A stretch of DNA of 64,000 nucleotides from assembly GCF_009914755.1 (NCBI RefSeq), contig NC_060937.1. One strand, given 5' to 3'. Each line of letters opens with the position of its first letter. Within the stretch, counting starts at the first letter, position 1. Below the pieces are notes generated by a model. The model was not told the origin of the DNA. It did no database searches and was given only the letters and a program-made list of their open reading frames with translations. Below are positions 59,761 to 64,000 of this stretch, piece by piece. Source of the DNA: the human T2T-CHM13v2.0 reference genome, Homo sapiens. The position numbers and the translations under genes are program-made.

Positions 59761-60149
59761 CTTAAAGTGGCTCATTATTTAGAGTCTGTGTAAGAAAAGT
59801 ATTTCCAGTGGACAAGGAAAAAAGTCCTCTTTAGAGCAAAAGTTGTCTAATGCCTCCCAGGTGTGTAAGAAAGGTGAAAAACTACAGCTCATCTGATGTG
59901 CTGCTCATGACTAAGTGGGCTTGTTAGTTCCCTGAACGAAGACTCATCTGCCCTGTATTTCCGTGGTTTAATTTAATGGACAGATTCTCCAATAAAGGTA
60001 GATGGAAATAAATGCATTAGACAGCTCAGGCAAGGAGCAAAAGGAAAAGGATTTAACCGTCAGGGTTTTTATACTTTGAAATGATATGTTGTTTCAAACA
60101 ATCTCAATTTCTCTAGCTGAAGTTTATTATTCTTTTATCTGATTCTTAC

Positions 60150-60231
60150 TGCCATCTGGCTCCTGCACAAGTGCAAATCATAAGCAAGAAAAAGCAGAGC
60201 TAATTTTCTGTGTCAGCTTAATAAATAAAAG
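60150..60231 (-). pseudogene. Fossil gene exon 6
   Basis: atctcacag|...GCA|gtaaga; (H)FYLLS*HRKLALLFLAYDLHLCRSQMA. Confidence 0.65.
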
Positions 60232-60660
60232 CTGTGAGATATGGATAGCTATCATTAAAGCTATCTATCATGAAATATTGATCAAAATAGGCTACTTTTT
60301 TAATGCCTAGATATGGGATGGCAATTAGGATTATTTGAAAAAAGGGTGAGCGTTAATCTGTAGTGTGCGAGGCTATATTGATTTTGGAGAATGACTTGGT
60401 AAAGCAACAGATATTTTCTACACATTTCTAATGAATCAATCTGTTGAACGCTTTCATAGTATAGATTTTATTAACTGAAAACATAATAATTAATTGATTA
60501 ACTGAACTTTCACTTGCATATAAATAACTTTATATTAAGGTCCTTAAATGGTATAAAATATAAGTTACAATTTGGGTAGAAATTATAAACCTAATAGAGA
60601 AAATATTATCTAAAGGAGAGGAAGGCAGGCATCCTTCTCATTCTCAGTTCATTGTTGGCT

Positions 60661-60880
60661 TTTTTTTTTTTCATCAACTTTTACTTTAGTTCCAGGATAC
60701 ATGTGCAGGATGTACAAGTTTGTTACATAGGTAAATGTCTTCCATAGTGGTTCGCTACACAGATCAACCCAGCACCTAGGTATTAAGCCCAGCATCCATT
60801 AGCTATTCTTCCTGATGCTCTCCCTCCTGCCAGCTTTCTGAGAGGCCTCAGTGTATGTTGTTCCCCTGCCAATATGTCTA
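60661..60880 (-). mobile_element. Short L1PA (PA10-13-like) 3' end
   Basis: Poly-T then ...acatgtgcaggatgtacaagtttgttacataggtaaa...ctaggtattaagcccagcatccattagctatt; TSD-like tggcttttt (60656 / 60881). Confidence 0.85.
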
Positions 60881-61158
60881 TGGCTTTTTATATATCAGAG
60901 GTAGGTTTAAATTGCCCATTTTTCATTGTTCCTTGTTCAGAGGAACAGAAATATTTTCTTCTACAGTAAATACAATGATTTACTGATATGAAACTTAAAA
61001 TTGTTAAGAACTATGAAAATTATAAAAATATTTTTAAATGCCTGTTCAAAAGACGTTAACCTCTTATAGTGTTATAATAATTTTGTTTTGCTTCATGGCA
61101 TTAAAATTAGTAGTTACTTTTAGAAAGTACACAAGATTATTTTATCAAATAGAGTTAC

Positions 61159-61275
61159 TGTAACTTGTCATAGGATATATGTCCACATATATGGTCCATA
61201 TGCATAAATATTTCCCATAGGAGTCAGTCACATCTTCTTTCAGATGGAGCAATTTACCCTTTCTAGTGTAGAATT
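61159..61275 (-). pseudogene. Fossil gene exon 5 (inferred internal frameshift)
   Basis: ggcttcacag|...CA|gtaact; 117 nt; FYTRKGKLLH / ERRCD*LLWEIFMHMDHICGHISYDKL. Confidence 0.6.
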
Positions 61276-61492
61276 CTGTGAAGCCAGTTATCAACTAACA
61301 TTATAGCCAGATGTATTTATATAAGAAATGGAAAATTGCCTCAATGAGACTTCTGTTTTTTTTATAATTTCTTGGGTATTAATTCCATATTTGTAAGAGC
61401 TGAATAACTTTATTCTGTCTTGATAATTTTCTGTTTTAAAAACACAAGAGTCAACATTGTACTTACTTTAATCACTTAAGAAATGAAAATAC

Positions 61493-61963
61493 TGTGGTAG
61501 TCGTTTTCTAAGGTAGTCCCCAGTGACCATTCCTTCTGGCATTTGTGCTCTTCTGTAATCCCCTCTGGAGTGTTGGTGGGACTTCTTAAACTTTCTTCTG
61601 AGGAATAGAGTATGTCAAATGCGATGGGATGTCACTTTCAAGTTTAGGTTATAAAAAGACTATGGCTTTTCTCTTGGGTACTCCATCTTGCTCTCTGTTA
61701 GATCATTAACCCTGGGGGAAGCCAGCTGCCATGTCATGAGGAAGCTCTATGGTGAGGATCCAAGACCTGCCAACAACCACATGAGCCTTCACATGAGGCT
61801 GCAGCTCTGCCAACAGTTTGATTTCATCCCGTTGGGACTGTAAGCCAGAAGACCACGTTAGACTATAATTAGAATCCTGACCCACAGGAACTGTAGAATA
61901 AAATGGTTTTTTAAGCTGTTAAATTTAGAGTAATTTGTTATGTGATAATAGATAACTAACACA
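61493..61963 (+). mobile_element. MLT1F-like MaLR LTR (intronic)
   Basis: tgtggtag...tgggatgtcactttcaagtttaggttataaaaagact...gggggaagccagctgccatgtcatgagg...agataactaacaca. Confidence 0.8.
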
Positions 61964-62018
61964 GATGTTTTAGTAAGTTTTGGATTTTTTTTTAGTTTTC
62001 CATAGAGATAGAGCTCAT

Positions 62019-62077
62019 GTTTTTCATAGTTAGTTGTCTGAAAACAGGATGCTTTGCATGTAGATGACACTATGTGC
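62019..62077 (-). pseudogene. Fossil gene exon 4 (donor apparently mutated GT>AT)
   Basis: catgattcag|G CAC ATA GTG...; HIVSSTCKASCFQTTNYEK; followed by C|atgagc. Confidence 0.5.
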
Positions 62078-62645
62078 CTGAATCATGATATTTACAAAGC
62101 TAAATTCTCAAGTTAAATTCTCAGATAAAATTAATTACATTGATATGAATCCTGCTGGATCTATGAAACTAAAATAATATAATTGGTGAAAGCATAGGCA
62201 TATGCTAACATAAATAATTTAGAGAAGTGATTGCTGTGAGACAACTGAGAATACTATTTTTGTGAAGCAAATAGGGAGAAAGTGGAAAACTATGTTAATG
62301 CTATGGTATTTATTTCAGAATAACACACATAAATTCTAAAATAAGTTCTTTATGTGCTTTTATATAACATGTAGTAATTTCACTTATTCGATGTTTTCTC
62401 CAGTTTAGGAGTATTTATACTTCTTGTTCTCTATTTTTCTAGATCTAGATATTAATACCAACACTTACTTGAATAAATTAATAGCACTTGATCCCTAATT
62501 CTTAAAATAATGTCTTAAAAATCATTTGAGAAAACAGTTAATGAATAATTAATTTTATCTGAAAATATAAAACAATAAAAATGAGAAATAAAAATATAGC
62601 TTACTTTGCTAGATTTTAGAGCATATAAATACTGCATGTATTTAC

Positions 62646-62750
62646 GCTTGAAAAGGATGTCGTATATCTATCAATGCACTAGATATGATAATTTTTTATT
62701 TGTAAGACAGAACTGGAAACTCTTTACAAAATGGTTACTGATATAACACT
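62646..62750 (-). pseudogene. Fossil gene exon 3
   Basis: cttttactctgttag|...GC|gtaaat; 105 nt; VLYQ*PFCKEFPVLSYK*KIIISSALIDIRHPFQ. Confidence 0.65.
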
Positions 62751-62912
62751 CTAACAGAGTAAAAGCATAGAGTTTAATAATAAAGTATGACCTTTGTGAC
62801 CTTAATGGACAAGGTTGAACATTAGCATTAAGTTCCAAGCCATTTGAATCCATAAAGCACAGTGTTAATATCTAATTTTGAATGAATTTTGGACTGCCCA
62901 CAAATGCCTTAC

Positions 62913-62983
62913 ACCACTTCCTGAGCCATTTCATCAACAGCTTGCTAGACTGCATCCAGTTCACCATCTGGAAGTGTCACTTG
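62913..62983 (-). pseudogene. Fossil gene exon 2
   Basis: tttattttgtag|...GT|gtaagg; QVTLPDGELDAV*QAVDEMAQEV; 14 of 23 codons start with G. Confidence 0.72.
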
Positions 62984-62999
62984 CTACAAAATAAACCTG

Positions 63000-63100
63000 C
63001 TCCCTGGATGACAGCAGGATACCTAAGCATCTGCTGTTTAATAAGCTGCAGCAGAACATCCACCAGCAGCACAGAAAGGGGCAATATTTCAAGGAAATGA
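63000..63100 (+). mobile_element. RTE-type LINE (MamRTE-like) fragment
   Basis: ggatgacagcaggatacctaagcatctgctgtttaataagctg resembles the RTE ORF C-terminal DSRIPKQLL motif region. Confidence 0.4.
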
Positions 63101-63351
63101 TGGAATCATTTAATATTAGCCCTTGAATGCACCTTAGGGATTCATCTAATTCATCATTTTCAAGGTGTATTCCATGGGATACTAGTAACTGCCGTATGAC
63201 AATAGGGACTCCATGTTTAAAAAATAAAAAGCTCCTCCAACCCTCAATTAAGTTTAGATAATGCTATGTTAACAAAGACAAGTCAGAATTGATATCAAAT
63301 GATAATGCTGTAAACTGTATGGTCTTAATTAGGATATAAGACATTTAAAAA

Positions 63352-63413
63352 GTATATACACATATATATATACACACACATATATATATATACACACACA
63401 TATATATATATAT
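63352..63413. repeat. Compound (TA)n(CA)n microsatellite
   Basis: tatatacacatatatatatacacacacatata... repeats. Confidence 0.9.
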
Positions 63414-63443
63414 CCAGAAATAAGGCATAACATAAAAACTAAC

Positions 63444-63735
63444 CAAAAAAATGAGGCACAATTAGCGGGTGGGGGAAAGGCAACAGAGGTTTGGAATCTG
63501 CCTTCACAGAGGAGTAATTGTACAATGGAAAGAACATTTCATTTTGCGGGGTCGGTCCTGTATTTCATCTTTGATAATTCTGCTTTTTCTTTTCATTGTG
63601 AAAGATAATTGCTACTTCTTTTTACTTTCCTAATCCCTTTCTCTTCTTAATTTACCTCTCAGATAAAAGATCAAATTTGGACAAATTTTGAAGAAATCCT
63701 AGACCTAAGTCCCATAGACTGGGGAAAATGCTAAT
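63444..63735 (-). pseudogene. Fossil gene exon 1 in window (292 nt; frame uncertain)
   Basis: atcacgcag|...TG|gttagt; best frame ISIFPSLWDLGLGFLQNLSKFDLLSER*IKKRKGLGK*KEVA...PLLPFPHPLIVPHF with a T7-run frameshift. Confidence 0.5.
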
Positions 63736-64000
63736 CTGCGTGATATTTATAAACTTCCAACCATAGATTTTGTTCTCTAAGTCACAGTCATGTCTCTAAT
63801 ATCACAATCACAGGTATGATTTTCAAATTTATACTAGTTCATATTCCTTTGTTATTGCCTTTTCTTAAATTATGAAGTATTTTAAGCATATATAAACATA
63901 TAGAAAGAAATATTACAAATGTTTATATGCCTACCACATAGTGTAATATATCCTAACATTTTCCCATATTTCATTCAGATTTGTTTTTGAGAGATAAAAC

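Larger units (their letters stand above)
57351..63735 (-). pseudogene. Unprocessed (intron-containing) fossil gene; spliced product resembles a divergent ADAR/ADAD-type adenosine-deaminase domain; 5' part outside window
   Basis: 12 candidate exons with AG/GT boundaries (one dead donor), phases chained by hand, about 15 stops and about 4 frameshifts, terminal stop at 57665-57667, AATAAA at 57351-57360; colinear ADAR-like motifs. Confidence 0.7.

Overview
AT-rich, repeat-dense primate (probably human) genomic DNA. It carries AluJ/AluS, L1, L2, MIR, CR1, MaLR/ERVL/ERV1 LTRs and hAT/Tigger relics. No intact protein-coding gene is supported, and most ORFs in the track are repeat-derived or chance. 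The clearest gene-like feature is a processed RPSA pseudogene (minus, ~22.8-23.85 kb) retro-inserted with a target-site duplication (TSD) into an old L1. The most interesting signal is invisible in the ORF track: a chain of 12 short minus-strand exons (57.67-63.74 kb) with mostly canonical splice sites, ending in a stop, 3' UTR and AATAAA. When spliced, they give a stop- and frameshift-riddled peptide that is colinear, motif by motif, with the ADAR/ADAD adenosine-deaminase domain. It looks like a fossil, intron-containing, divergent ADAR-like gene whose 5' part lies beyond the window. Also notable are a 94-bp inverted templated insertion (54.3/55.2 kb), a possible plus-strand exon chain (0.8-6.8 kb) and candidate enhancer-like unique segments. 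Repeat subfamily names and ADAR comparisons come from recalled consensus sequences, not from searches.
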